Below, one piece after another: positions 26,301 through 37,746 of a DNA stretch of 64,000 nucleotides (position 1 is the first letter of the stretch; every line of letters starts with the position of its first letter). The notes beneath the pieces are model-generated. The model ran no database searches, was not told the DNA's origin, and saw only the letters and a list, made by a program, of their open reading frames with translations. This stretch comes from Antedon mediterranea (taxonomy: Eukaryota > Animalia > Echinodermata), in assembly GCF_964355755.1 (NCBI RefSeq), contig NC_092678.1:4604422-4668421 (forward strand), written 5' to 3'. The position numbers and the translations under genes are program-made.

Positions 26301-29300
26301 CCAATTTTTATAACTAAGTGAGAACACTAATTGGGAAAATAGTTCCCTCAAATGTTGATTGAAGTAACATCGCCCTCAGTGGATTACTGTATTTAAATAT
26401 CTGACTACTCCTGATAATACTGTAGAATGCCAGTGTGGTGTTAACATATTAATAGCATACTATACTGTACAATGTGCCTTGTCATTGGCGTAAGAATGAC
26501 TATAGTCATATAATCATTTGATAATTATGCAGTCAAGTTAAGCTTTAGTATAATTAAATTTCACCGAATTTGTTTCTTATCTCGTCCTTTGATGATATAA
26601 CAACTGTGTATATTAGGCAGTTACCCACAGTAATCACATGGATGCAGTCTAATATTACTTCTTTCGATTCCTAATCTTCTACGCTCCGTCTTTCTCAGAG
26701 GATCTCAAAGTCAGGCCAGTCATTTACTGTACGACCAGCCCCTTCAGGACTCGCCAGATAACGTTGACGATCCATCAGAATCTAATTCCGACTTCGTTCA
26801 GTAAGTCATAGTCTCTGTGCAGACTGTTATTAGTTGTGCATGATTGTCACAAACTAACACCACCAATTGCCAACCAACGCAGCAGTTTATTTTAATTTTG
26901 TTTTCAGTTTGTAGATAAAATACTGTATTAATTTTGAGATTTTAGCATTGATCACTCCTTTTTAAATGCACGATGCATTAACTTCACTAAAACACATACA
27001 TGTATTACTTTTTAATTTTGCAAAGAAATGTTTTGTTTTGCTTGTTACGATTTTATTTTTTTGCAGTTACTCACCATTTTGAATGCTTGTTTGCCAACAG
27101 CCTTGTGAATTTTCTTGCACCATTATTTTATTATGATAATGATAATGATAATACTTCAATTATGATGATGATAATGATGATTATAACATGAAGATAGCAG
27201 TGTTTGGAATGGTGATAGCAATTGTAATCATAATTATAATAATGATAAGATGATGTTGATAAAAATGATTATAATGATGATGACAATGATTATAATTAAT
27301 GGAAAGAGGAAATTAACAGATAACAATAGAATGGTCAGTAACTGTACATGGGTCATTCCATGTCAAATCAACAAGATTTTTAAAAAGTTCCTGCTCCACC
27401 ATCTTGGATTTTGGCAAAACTTCTCGAAATTGATCCACTATGTGAAAAACCAACTCAACAAAAAAAATTAACCATAAAGAATCCAAATACCAGTTTTACA
27501 GTGTTACCTGCAAGCAAGGCATAATAATTTGTTAATTTATATATTTGATTTTGTTATAATAGGGTGTCTTTAAAAGTTTAATTTGTTTTTTATTTATAGT
27601 CATTAAACATGCATGCATGTACACCTGTAGTTACTCTAGATTTCTGCATTATTTCTAATAATAATATTTAATTTTCTTCATTCATTTCCTAAAGTTTCTT
27701 CACACAATGTTATTTTATTTTCCTACATTATTAATTTATTTCAATATCATGTTTACTTAAAATGTATTATTTAAATCTACAATAATCCATTTTATAATTT
27801 TTCTACTGTGTAAATAAGAAACGCTTTTGTAAAAATAATAAAGAAATTTATTGTTATTATTATTTTATGCCGTTATAGTTTTGCTTTCTATATTTTTCAT
27901 TGTTATTTTTATTTTCAATTTCCACAGAGGATCAACAACTAAACGGCCTTTCGGTTCCAGCAATGTTATCGTACACGCCTGGTATGGCACGCCAGTTTTG
28001 ATCAAGTCTATTTGGAGTATGGCTATAAACCAACATCAATTCTACTTGGATCGAAAACATAGCAAGGTGAGTGTGAAGGGTCTAAAGCTCTGTCTACACT
28101 ATCAAACTTTACAGTACTGTACAGTATGTGACAAAAAAAATGTGATGTGCCCATATATTTAAGGATACAGTATCTCTACCATATTTTGAAACATCATACT
28201 AGTTTGATAGTGTAAACAGAGCTTAAGCTATTCTGAACAGGAATAATAGGGTACTTTCTTGGTGTCTTGTGAACATTCAGCTGGGCAGAAGTTTTAAAAA
28301 GAACTTGAGTTTAGTTGTAGGACAAATAGAATATGGCGTCCAAATATCACAACATGGGCTTAGCCGAACAAATAGAAAATGGCATTCAAATATAAACTAA
28401 ATTGTAGGCCTGTAGGCCACCCAATCTGCCTCACTAAAACCGATGGTTTTAAATAATGTTTGGTTGTTTAAAAGACTTCTGGATGGCACGTTGGCTTAAC
28501 CCATCTAACTCCCCTTCACTCCAATCTCCATCCATATAATGATTAGCGATACTAAAACATATCTAAAATGTGTAGGCAAATTCTTGCATACAGTATTATA
28601 TAACATACTTCCTACAGCTTATCTTCAATAATGATGTTAATAATATTCCAATAAAAGAAAGGGTAAGTAAACTTTGAAAAGTGGCTTAACGTTGATGCTC
28701 TTTTACGGCAGTTGCTATGACGATGTAATAGGATATAGAGATGGTATAATCTTGAGATTTTGAAATAATCTCTAAGGATTCTGCGGCAATGCTTGAATAA
28801 AGAAATTGTAGCAAAGTTATTGGGTCAATTATTGTAATATTCTGTACACAGATGCAGTACAACATCGCTGAGAGATCCTGAGTGCTATAGAAAAACTGTG
28901 CAGGGTAGTGTTATGTAATACTAAATTATAAATTATTTTTCTCAGTATAATTTTGTTATGTTATATGCTAATAATAAATAATAATATTCTCTTTTGTTTT
29001 ATAACCTTTGATGTCAATCACTTTTTCCTTCCTCTTAACTCTTAATAAAATATTACAGGATATATTCAAAGTACATTAAATTAATTCCTTGTTCCTGTGA
29101 AGTTTATCAAATTACTAAATGAACAACTTGAACAAGTCAGCCACAATAACATAACAATTTGTTGCATGACAAAGAATCAGGGTGCAGTAGATCCAAGATT
29201 TCTAAAATGGAGAAAGACTGATTTGAACAGTTAGCGCTGAACTCCATGGATCCTGCCCTAAAAATATTTCATAGTTTACTGTAAAAATTAAATTATCACT

Positions 29301-32300
29301 GAATAAAGATATTTTGGAATTTGACCCAAAAATTACTATCAAACCACAATATCACGTAAACCATACAGTACTCCTGAAGAAATGTTAAATAACATTCAAT
29401 TGGCAATCTTAATTTGTGTGAAGTGCGGTAACCATTTCATTACAATTTTGCGTAGAGACGCTTGATATTTTACGATGTTTGCTCATACTTAACCGACATC
29501 TACTGTGCCTTAACGTCTAGAATTTATTAGCTATTTATTCTCGTGAAATAATTAATTTCAACTTGGTCTGGATTTGAAATATGGATCTATTTTTTATTCC
29601 AATCTACTGTAGCATTATTATAAAGATGCCGATGATGACCATTAAGGTCTAAGATATAGCATATATCTCATTTCTTAACAGATTCTTCAAGTTTTAAAAT
29701 TTACAGACAGTATTAAAATATCGAAATGGAATACGTATAAGCGAGATGCGCTCTATTTAATGTGATGAGCAATAACAAAAGAGACAAAAATCCTATATTT
29801 TACATTTGTGTGGCCATACTGTACGATGACATCATAATATCCAAGGGGTAAAGATTCTGCATGAATTCATATCTACAACATATCTGCTTACATATTAAAT
29901 TAAAAACATTGGGGGTCATGGATGATCCTGAGGAGCTATAATAGATTCAAAATAGGCATAATTTTGACAATATTTGTCACTTTTGCAACTAAAACGCATG
30001 CAAATGATCTAAATCGACGTGTTTGTATGACATCATTTTAAATTGAAATGATGTCAATCTTTTTTAAAATGACTAGGAAAGGCTGTAAAATCATAATTCA
30101 AGAGAAAAACACATGATTTTCATGCTCCTTGCGCACCTTACGCAAAAAATCTTTCGCGCGCGTGGACATTTTTGACATGCTCAAAATGTCATGATCAGCT
30201 TAATTTTGCGCATTTTGAAATGTTAAATGCGCGTGCGTGCGTAACTTCTTGTGAAACATGCCATTTTCAATCCATAAAAAGTTTGCCCTTGATATGACTT
30301 TAAATTTTCACCAAGTGTCAATTCAAAATTACTTTTCGTTTATAATCTATGATCAATCATTGAAATTCATAAAATCGCTCTTAACACACGCTGCTAACAA
30401 AATTTTCTTGCACATCTACAGCTACTGTACAGGTCAATCTTATGACAAAGTTATGCAATCTTATGTTGACCATAATTAGAGATACGCTGCGAACAAGAAT
30501 AGAAAAAAAAAATATCCTGACAATAACAAGGGGTTATCCGCCAAGTGCGGATAACCAATGATGGGAAATAAGTTTTACATGTGATAGAAAATTATAATTA
30601 AGAAGAAAAAAGTTTTCAATAAATTTTATAATCTTACAATTTTCCTTTTTTTCAGATGCAACATCCGATGTCTAGAAGCTTTAGTCAAATTGCTTCTGAT
30701 TTAACGCAAAGCACACCCTCTATAACATCAAATAATTCCGATATGACTAGTGAGACAAGCAGCAGTACAAATAGCTTAACAATTCAAAAAGAATTGAAGG
30801 CTAATCCATGTAAGTTACTTTTTAATTGTTATTGTATTGAATTTGACGGGACAAGAATGAAGAAGAATATTCCGAACAACACTCGACACTAATAACTAAA
30901 TGAAAAATTGATTAAAATTGGTTTTTTGTTGTTGTGTGATGATTAGAATTCACCTTAAATTCATTCTTGCTGTAAATTATTCATTAAGAAGAGAGATGTC
31001 AAGGGTTACCTAGATACTGTACTTCCCCTTGAAACAACGACCCTCTTTCGTAAATATTCAAATTATTGTGCGAAATGTTCAATCTGGGAGAGGTGACAGT
31101 ATAATCTCATAACAGTACCAGTTATTAATTTAGTTCCTATAATACTGTATATATTTTGTCATAGAACTACAGTATTTCAAAATTATTTTTATTTTTTAAC
31201 CGAATTTGAACTCTTAACTTGTGTAGTGTGTTTAGTAGTGCAAACTGTGATGTGAAAATGAATAGTTCCTGGTTTGATACCCATCTTGGAACAGTTCCTG
31301 GTGTTGACACTTAAATTGAAAGTAGATATTTAACGAGTACTTAGAATCCTAATTGGAATCTTAGATTGTGAAATGATATCAATCTATTTTGCCAAAGTGG
31401 ATTCTTTAGTTGCAAGATGCTTAGACGACCGGGTATATTTTATGCATTATTGAGGTCTGTTACAGACAACTAGAAAGCACATTGAGAAAGTTGCTTATTA
31501 GACAGGGTTTATCTTATTTATGTCTGAAAGTAAACGGTAAGTTTAAAACCTGGATAGGAAGTTTTAGGAACTTAACACTCTATTCGTGTTTATTGATTCT
31601 TGGAAAGTTCGCTACCGTACTTTTTGACGAGTTTTTGAAGAGTTTTGACATTACCAGTTTATTTTGTTACCATAAATTATTATATTATTTTTCTTGTAGT
31701 GAATGCAGATATGGTTGCAATGAGTGCAAAAGCAGAGCAGGACATGGTGTCCGCACTACAAGCGAGAAAAGCAGCTCTTGAAGAACGACTAAAATCAAAA
31801 CAAGAAGAGTTTAAGAAGATGTGTCTTAGAGAAGCAGTAAGTAAACTTAAATATGACTTTTTAAAGTTTATTAAGTGAGACTTAAGCTCTGTCTACACTG
31901 TAAAATTATTTTGACAAAAGAAATGTGATGGGCACAAATATGGTAATGATATGCTCAAATATGGTAGTGATATGACATCGTGTCCATATATGAGCACATC
32001 ACAATTTTTGTCACATAAAGTTTGTCTGGCTAAGTTGAGCATTTCCAATCTTTAACCCCGGCTTTCAGAGTTTTATATTGTCGAGGCAATTGTCTTTCAT
32101 TTATTGTTGATCATAGAGAAAGTTAGCGTGATGTATATTTGAACATTTTATGTTTTCATTTTCTCAGGAAATTTTAGGGGAATTACCAGCAGATTATCCA
32201 AAGGAACCTGGAGAGACGTTACCTGTTATCAGAAAGAGAGTCGGAACAGCATTCACTTTATCTGCTAAATTAATGAATGGAAGTACAGAGGTATTGAATC

Positions 32301-35300
32301 AGTTATTTATATCATAAACTCACACTAATGATAATTAAGCGTGTTTGTATAAAGTGCAGCTATGTACATAACACTTAAGACAATCCTATAGAAAACAACT
32401 AAAAATATACTGGGTATGCAAGATTTTATCAGATTTGTTACTTTTTTTTGCAGGAGGACTTTAGTAAAGAGCTTGCACAGATGGAGAAAGAACATGAGAT
32501 TCAGAGTAACATATGCAAGGCCGCTCTACGACTCTCATGTGATCCATCTCTGAATAAAAAATCTCGCAAAATACGCAGAGAAAATTATAAATCAGCTTTA
32601 CAAAAGGTAATAATTTATCTCAATCAATCAAAATGTTAACATTGTCATTTCTATAATGCCTTTACAAAAGCCAAGGGCTTTAAAAGAACCGATTATCAAA
32701 TGTATTTGTTTCAACAATGTAAACATGTTTGTCTTAAACATTGTTCTATTTCTATCAATTAAAATTTTGGGGGCATAAAGTTATTTAGAACAGTGCATTA
32801 CAGTGTGATATATAATTGTTGCGTTTATTTTTACACAGTTGGAAGAAATAGAAGGAAAATTGAATGAAAGTAGACTGGAACATGGACTGGATCCGATCTC
32901 ATCACAAGGTGTAAGCAACAGTTACAACACTTTGCCACGAGCAAGCAAGACTCCACCAATGTCACGAACGCATAATGTTAAGGGAATGAAAGCATTGAAA
33001 AGCGAGTCTGAAAGGGGGCGTGCAAAGACCACTGAGAGTAAAGGCGTACGTGCAAGGTCGAAATCGATGCCACGACCGCACTTGAACGGAGGTTTGACAT
33101 TGCCGTCTCCTTTAAGATCACGAAAGAGAGATGGTTCACTCCCGCGAGAATCTCCCCCCGGTGATATTGAATTTGATAATGAATTTCCCCAGCCACAGCA
33201 ATATTCCACACATAGTTTAGGAAGAGCTCCACGCAATCCTCACGGATTACCAGCTCATACAGCAAACACAGATAGAGGAAAGTTTAAAGTTAGTCCAGAA
33301 TACGCAGAGATCGGGCCACCACGGCAGCGAAGTGGTTCTAACAGTAAACAAAGATCAAAAACAATGGTAAATCAATACATTCCATCATCGCCTAGTAATT
33401 CCACCGCAAGACCAGTTCTACGTCAAAGCAATTCATTCAGGGGTAGTTCGAGCTCAAACTCGGATTTTAGTGATACTTCTTCTCGTAAACAAAGCGTTCC
33501 ATATGATTCACATCCTCAACAACTTAGCTACAGTTCATTGCCTCGACAGAAAATACATGCAGTTAATTATCAATCTACTAATACTTATAGTTCAGAGGAC
33601 GAACAACCGCGTATACGACAGCATGCTTCATCGATGTTTAACTTACAAACACAAAAAACTGAATACAATTATAGTGACGATGGTATTACTTATGAACAAC
33701 CTATCTCAAAAGTTCAAAGTCAATCTCCTAAGAAACACGGTTCAGTTGGTAATTTACGTTCAGATTACGCACCACCAGAACATTTAACCGATGAGACTGA
33801 TCAGTATCGACGTAATTCCCCTGCTCATAAAGACTATAGAGGGCACCATAACAGGCCACGTCAACCGAGATATGACCACAATGATCAGTCGAGGCATCTT
33901 TATGAAACTCGCGATGGGAATGGTGCCTATTCTTCAGACGACCAGTACTCCACAGGAAGTGGCGATAGAACTACCTCCTATAGAGGGGGCTATTCAAAAG
34001 ATATGCGATATAATTCACCCCAGCAATATCCACGAACTAATGTGCACGATGCACAGCACAGACGTGATTATTATGCTAGTGAGCAACATGAACAATATAG
34101 AGGGAGTACTCATAGTAGTCCTAATAGAGGGCGGTATCCACCACCGAACCAGAACTCGTGGCACCATGATCAACGGTCAAATTATGGCGATAATCAGTAC
34201 GACTACTATAACAACGGTCAAGCGTATTCAGATACTTACCATCATGGTACGCGACAGGATAATACGCAATATTATCAAGAAAACGGTGAAAATGGTCACT
34301 TTAAGGGATCAAGTTATGATGTACGTGCAGCTTATGCGTATCACTATCAGAGACAAAATAGCCATGAGGATTATTATAGTGACAGGTCATCGAACTATAG
34401 TGACCATTCAAGGGAGTATCTTGACCCTGCAACACCACATGCGGACAGACAGGGTAATTATGCTCACCAAACTTATCAGGACCAATATATAAATAAAGAC
34501 CCTCGGTTAAGAAACGATTACGCACCAAGGAATGATTACATGGCCAAACAGGAGTACCAACCACAGAATGATTACGTACCGTATCAACCGGAGCCGATGA
34601 TGGCGGACTCTGTGTACGCCCAGTCGCATCGTACAATAAGTGTTCAACAGTCGATACCTGAACCGCAACCTGCCGAGTTTAAAACGGCAACGACCATGAT
34701 TGTGCGACCTACAACGACATACAGTTCAAATTTAGTTGTAAGCAAGACCATGTACCAACCGGTAGCGAGAATGACGTGTGAACCGGTTGCGCCAGAACCG
34801 GCGGTATCCCATAGGTCTTCAAGTTCTAGCAGGTAGGTCACATGACCATTCTAAATATAATATAATATTTATAATATTAATTTGTTTATTTCTGGGTCAT
34901 AGCAACTTATATTAGCTTGGGTACATCGCATTTCATATCTATATATTAGTAGTATACTTATTTATCATAATATACATAACAACACGCTTACTGGGAATAA
35001 TATTATATCTTATGTCTGATGAACATTGGTTTTCATACAATGTTTTCCAGTGTACTGTTTTACTGTACAAATATTGAGAAAACATTAAACACAATTTAAA
35101 TGCTAAAAATTACATTAAAAAGTTATTGTATCACTTATTATTATTTATGATTTCTTTTGTTATGCAGGTTTTGAGTTTTTATTTATGTTTTATATTCTTG
35201 GATAATATTTGAGCAAATTTAATGGATTACCAATTAACTATTGCATAAATTTTCATAACCACCTCATTTGTTGCGTTGCCGAGTAAAGATCCAAAATCCA

Positions 35301-37106
35301 AAGTTCTTATTAAACAATAATTAAAATACCTAAATTATTATTTAGTTTGCTCAAATATTAAATTATTTTTGTTTACTTGTTTTTGTTGGGATATGTTTTT
35401 TGTTGTCATTTTTGTTTTTGTTTCCTTATTTGTTTTAATACTTCTGTTCTTTTGGTTCTTTTCATAATTTCTTTTAACAAATACAAAAACTTTTTTCGGT
35501 GTTTCTTTTACTTTTTTCAGTATTTCTTTACTTTAAATTTGTTTAAAGGTTACGATATTAATTCAGGCATATTTTAACTTTATAGAGCGTATATTATTTA
35601 TCAAAGAAAAAACAAATTAACTACCAAATTGAATTAAAGGACTTTTGCTAATTTTAAAAAAAATATAAATTAAATTACATTAATATTTATTCAGTTACTG
35701 AATATTTAATAAACTTGTTACCATTTCATTATTTAACACAATTCATATTAAATTTTCATTAACGCTTCTATATAATATAACCACCTGCCCCTTACTTAAC
35801 ATTGTGTACTTAACCCGATCTTAACATAACAATATGCGAGCTGTAATGCTCAATGTCACGCCATTATTCTTCTCTTTAATCGCATTAACAATTTCACCCC
35901 ATCGTCATCGCTATACACTTTATGTTGGTTTTCTGTTTGCTGTCGTTTATTCACTATAGCCTTAATTCATTCACCAATGTAGAAGATAAAGATTGCAGAG
36001 GAAATATTGAGCATGATGGGAGCATGACCTCCGACCCGGCAATGTAAGATCTCAAACTCACTTAAAGTACTCGCGTGTATAAGTGCTCCAAATAACAATT
36101 GTCTTCAAAAGTTTGGATCGGATTTATAAGACACAAATCCTTTTAAAAAACATATGTTTTCTAATGTTTAGTTCCCACTAGAGACGCAACTCAAGGACGT
36201 TAGCATCACAAGCGATAGATTATTTAAATCTGTCGCATGTCATTGGTCAACTTGCTTGAGTTGAGTTGCGTCTTTAGTGGGAACCAATCTTGAATGTAAA
36301 CATATGAACACTTATTCACGCGAGTATAATTTTTTTATCTTACAGCTTTCATATTTAATGCTTTTACTACAATCACTATTATATTTATATATATTTATTG
36401 GTATATTTTCTGCCTCCAATTAAGGACCATTTGAGGTGCTTATTGAACCATAACTTGGTCTTTGATTGGAGGAAGATTCTATATTGGCATAGCAGGTGGT
36501 GTTTGAGTTTAGCACTTTTATAATAAAGGCGTATATTTTATAATTTTGGTTTTTGGGAACATTGTTGTGTGTAAAATATGCATATCATGTTTTTGGTATT
36601 TTGGTTTTTATTTTTCTGGGATAATATAAAAAAAGTCTTCATGGTCAAAGTAAAACTTTAATAAAAAATTGTAAAATTTCTTAGTTCATGTAAAAATGTT
36701 TTTATTTATGAAATTATTAACTTTAAAATGTCTATCCTAGCCATAAATTAAACAAGTTTAAAATGCCGTCAAATAAGTAATATGAATTCTATAATAATAT
36801 ACCATTTTGGATGAAATATGTTTCTATTTTTATGCTTGAAATGGTTTTATTGTCAATTGGCTAATTGCTAACTTTCACAACAAAAAAAATATTCAAAAAA
36901 TACAATTACATCATAAAAGTTCCCTTACAGACATGTCCAATAAAGTTGTTTGTTTGTTTTGATATAGGATTCATGCAAGCCCAACGCCAGCATCATCCAG
37001 CGATGGCAGCCATTTAGAAGAGGATTCCGGTCTTGGAAACACACTCACCCCCGAGACAACGCTAGACGAATCTGCACGTAAAAAAGGTTCCAGTACTCTA
37101 GTATGA
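2369..37106 (+). CDS. FRMD4: FERM domain-containing protein 4 (FRMD4A/B-like), 5'-partial (first coding exon upstream of the window)
   Basis: Exons: 2369-2463, 5152-5329, 8053-8132, 8959-9108, 25290-25434, 25873-25949, (26699-26800), 27928-28066, 30656-30809, 31700-31836, 32168-32290, 32454-32606, 32839-34832, (35960-36043), 36968-37106. All GT-AG with matching phases, total 3750 nt. Peptides PKLMVKDLLDLVSSHF, LPTKALQEHPSLSYCE, VESLPTYGIHYYEVKDK, IKSIWSMAINQHQFYLDRK, KKMCLREAEILGELP, IRKRVGTAF match FRMD4 FERM and coiled-coil (CUPID/DUF3338) motifs. Ends KKGSSTLV-stop (class I PDZ-binding-like). Confidence 0.93.
2461..3741 (+). repeat. 43-bp minisatellite, about 30 units, starting at the FRMD4 exon donor
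   Basis: Unit CAAGTAAGTATACTGTAAAAGAAGAATTAGTTTTGACTTTCAG; CAA starts at 2501, 2544, 2587 ... 3705 (exact 43-bp phase). Confidence 0.97.
5608..5728. repeat. 44-bp tandem repeat, about 2.7 units
   Basis: GTGTTTAACCGGTGTAAAAGCTAAACCCATCAGGGGTATATTCA repeated. Confidence 0.85.
13718..13825. repeat. Dispersed repeat family A, copy 2
   Basis: agtctatttcgtgcctagcttacctggataaaccaacaatagcc... Confidence 0.85.
15698..16572. mobile_element. Non-autonomous TIR element with arrays of the ATATACCGTAT motif, flanked by TA
   Basis: Left end GGCCCCGTTTCTGCTGCCAA..AATATACCGTATA; right end reverse complement GGGCCCTGTTTCTGTTGCCAA..AATATACCGTATA; TA on both sides (15696-7, 16573-4); extra internal TIR copies at ca.15765-15782 (inverted) and 15897. 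Confidence 0.8.
17983..18032 (-). promoter_or_regulatory. Two RFX X-box-like motifs
   Basis: GTTGCTAGGCGAC (18020-18032) and GGTGCCATGGCGAT (17983-17996) resemble the palindromic X-box GTTGCCATGGCAAC. A minus-strand donor AG|GTGAGT follows at 17967/17966. Confidence 0.5.
18200..18355. mobile_element. Harbinger/Tourist-type MITE family B, copy 1
   Basis: TGTCTACACTATCAAAC ... GTTTGATA..TGTAGACAGAG; same interior as the other copies. Confidence 0.8.
21827..23417 (+). mobile_element. Non-autonomous Helentron/Helitron2-type (HINE/DINE-1-like) element, apparently complete
   Basis: 5' subTIR TTAGTTATCCGCT followed by its own inverted copy (AGCGGATAACT); 3' subTIR AGCGGATAACTAA (23375-23387); hairpin AACTCGTCA-aag-TGACGAGTT; terminal CTAGT in T-rich target; CpG-rich interior with an internal ca.355-bp direct duplication (22610 vs 22965). 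Confidence 0.75.
26699..26800 (+). CDS. Candidate cassette exon of FRMD4 (102 nt, phase 2-2)
   Basis: Pyrimidine tract + tttctcag acceptor, CA|gtaagt donor, open in frame (GSQSQASHLLYDQPLQDSPDNVDDPSESNSDFV). Flanking exons also join in frame without it. Confidence 0.75.
27131..27300. repeat. Degenerate (ATG/ATA)n microsatellite
   Basis: gataatgataatgat/atgatgatgata runs. Confidence 0.8.
28086..28223. mobile_element. Harbinger/Tourist-type MITE family B, copy 2
   Basis: TAA|AGCTCTGTCTACACTATCAAAC ... GTTTGATAGTGTAAACAGAGCT|TAA; 3-bp TAA target duplication. Confidence 0.88.
29620..30559 (-). mobile_element. Second, diverged and truncated copy of the HINE-like element in inverted orientation
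   Basis: GTTATCCGCCAAGTGCGGATAAC at 30533-30555. Blocks such as tttcgcgcgcgtggacatttttgacatgctcaaaatg and gagacaaaaatcctatatttta are reverse complements of sequence in 21830-22840. Confidence 0.85.
31885..32025. mobile_element. MITE family B, copy 3 (right TIR truncated)
   Basis: AGCTCTGTCTACACT ... tgtcacataaagtttg. Confidence 0.8.
32839..34832 (+). CDS. FRMD4: Large low-complexity Ser/Tyr/Gln/Arg-rich exon of FRMD4 (the 665-aa ORF in the track)
   Basis: ttacacag acceptor, begins LEEIEGKLNE (continues the FRMD4 coiled coil), ends AG|gtaggt. Confidence 0.9.
35960..36043 (+). CDS. Candidate cassette exon of FRMD4 (84 nt, phase 2-2)
   Basis: cactatag acceptor, AT|gtaaga donor, open frame LNSFTNVEDKDCRGNIEHDGSMTSDPA, GC-richer than flanks. 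Confidence 0.6.
36167..36290. mobile_element. Harbinger-type MITE family C, degenerate copy
   Basis: GTTCCCACTAGAGACGCAAC ... GTTGCGTCTTTAGTGGGAACC. Confidence 0.75.
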
Positions 37107-37228
37107 CGACTGCTCATAATATTTGTCTTTAGGTACGAAAAATGTATTTCAAATATCGCTAAGAATGGAGCCACGACCTAAATGTTATACAGAAGTTTAC
37201 AGTTACAATTACTCACTGTACAAATTAA

Positions 37229-37746
37229 CACATTGACTGCCAAGGCATTTTCCATAATTTCTGTCCCAGTGCCAAGTCCCGTTTACATATTAAATTACAG
37301 TTTGAAAGTGTAACATCTGGTCACAGACTATCATGATGTCATTCAAAATACGATGGCGGGAAAAACCCCCATCCTCTGACCCACCCTATCATAGAGAGAT
37401 AAAAACAGTAAACCACACTGAATCATTTCATCCTTTATTATTTTTATTTACTATTAGCGCAATTTATGACATGTTTGAGATGATTATATTGAGTGTGAAG
37501 GCGCCATCGTATCAACCATATTCAATGCATGAGGGAATAAACACAAACAAACATATGACATTTATTTTTAGATTATCGTTTACGTACATCATTCATAAAC
37601 TGCCATGCGATAATTCCTGTTCCAATCACCACTGCCAGCGATTCTACATACAATACAAAAGTGCTACGATTTTGACGTAGTATTTTGTCTTGGCAAGTAG
37701 CGACACGCAATTTTTGACGTATAAATACGCCGTGGCAGTGAACGTG
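37229..37746. mobile_element. piggyBac-like non-autonomous element just after the FRMD4 stop
   Basis: TTAA|CACATTGACTGCCAAGGC ... GCCGTGGCAGTGAACGTG|TTAA; TTAA TSD, C...G termini. Confidence 0.75.

Noticed and set aside
29178-29262. Degenerate hAT-like MITE (gatccaagatt...tggatcctgccct)
   Set aside because: Termini too decayed to support a call.
32922-34841. Overlapping and antisense ORFs within the large FRMD4 exon
   Set aside because: Shadow frames of a low-complexity coding exon with no independent support.
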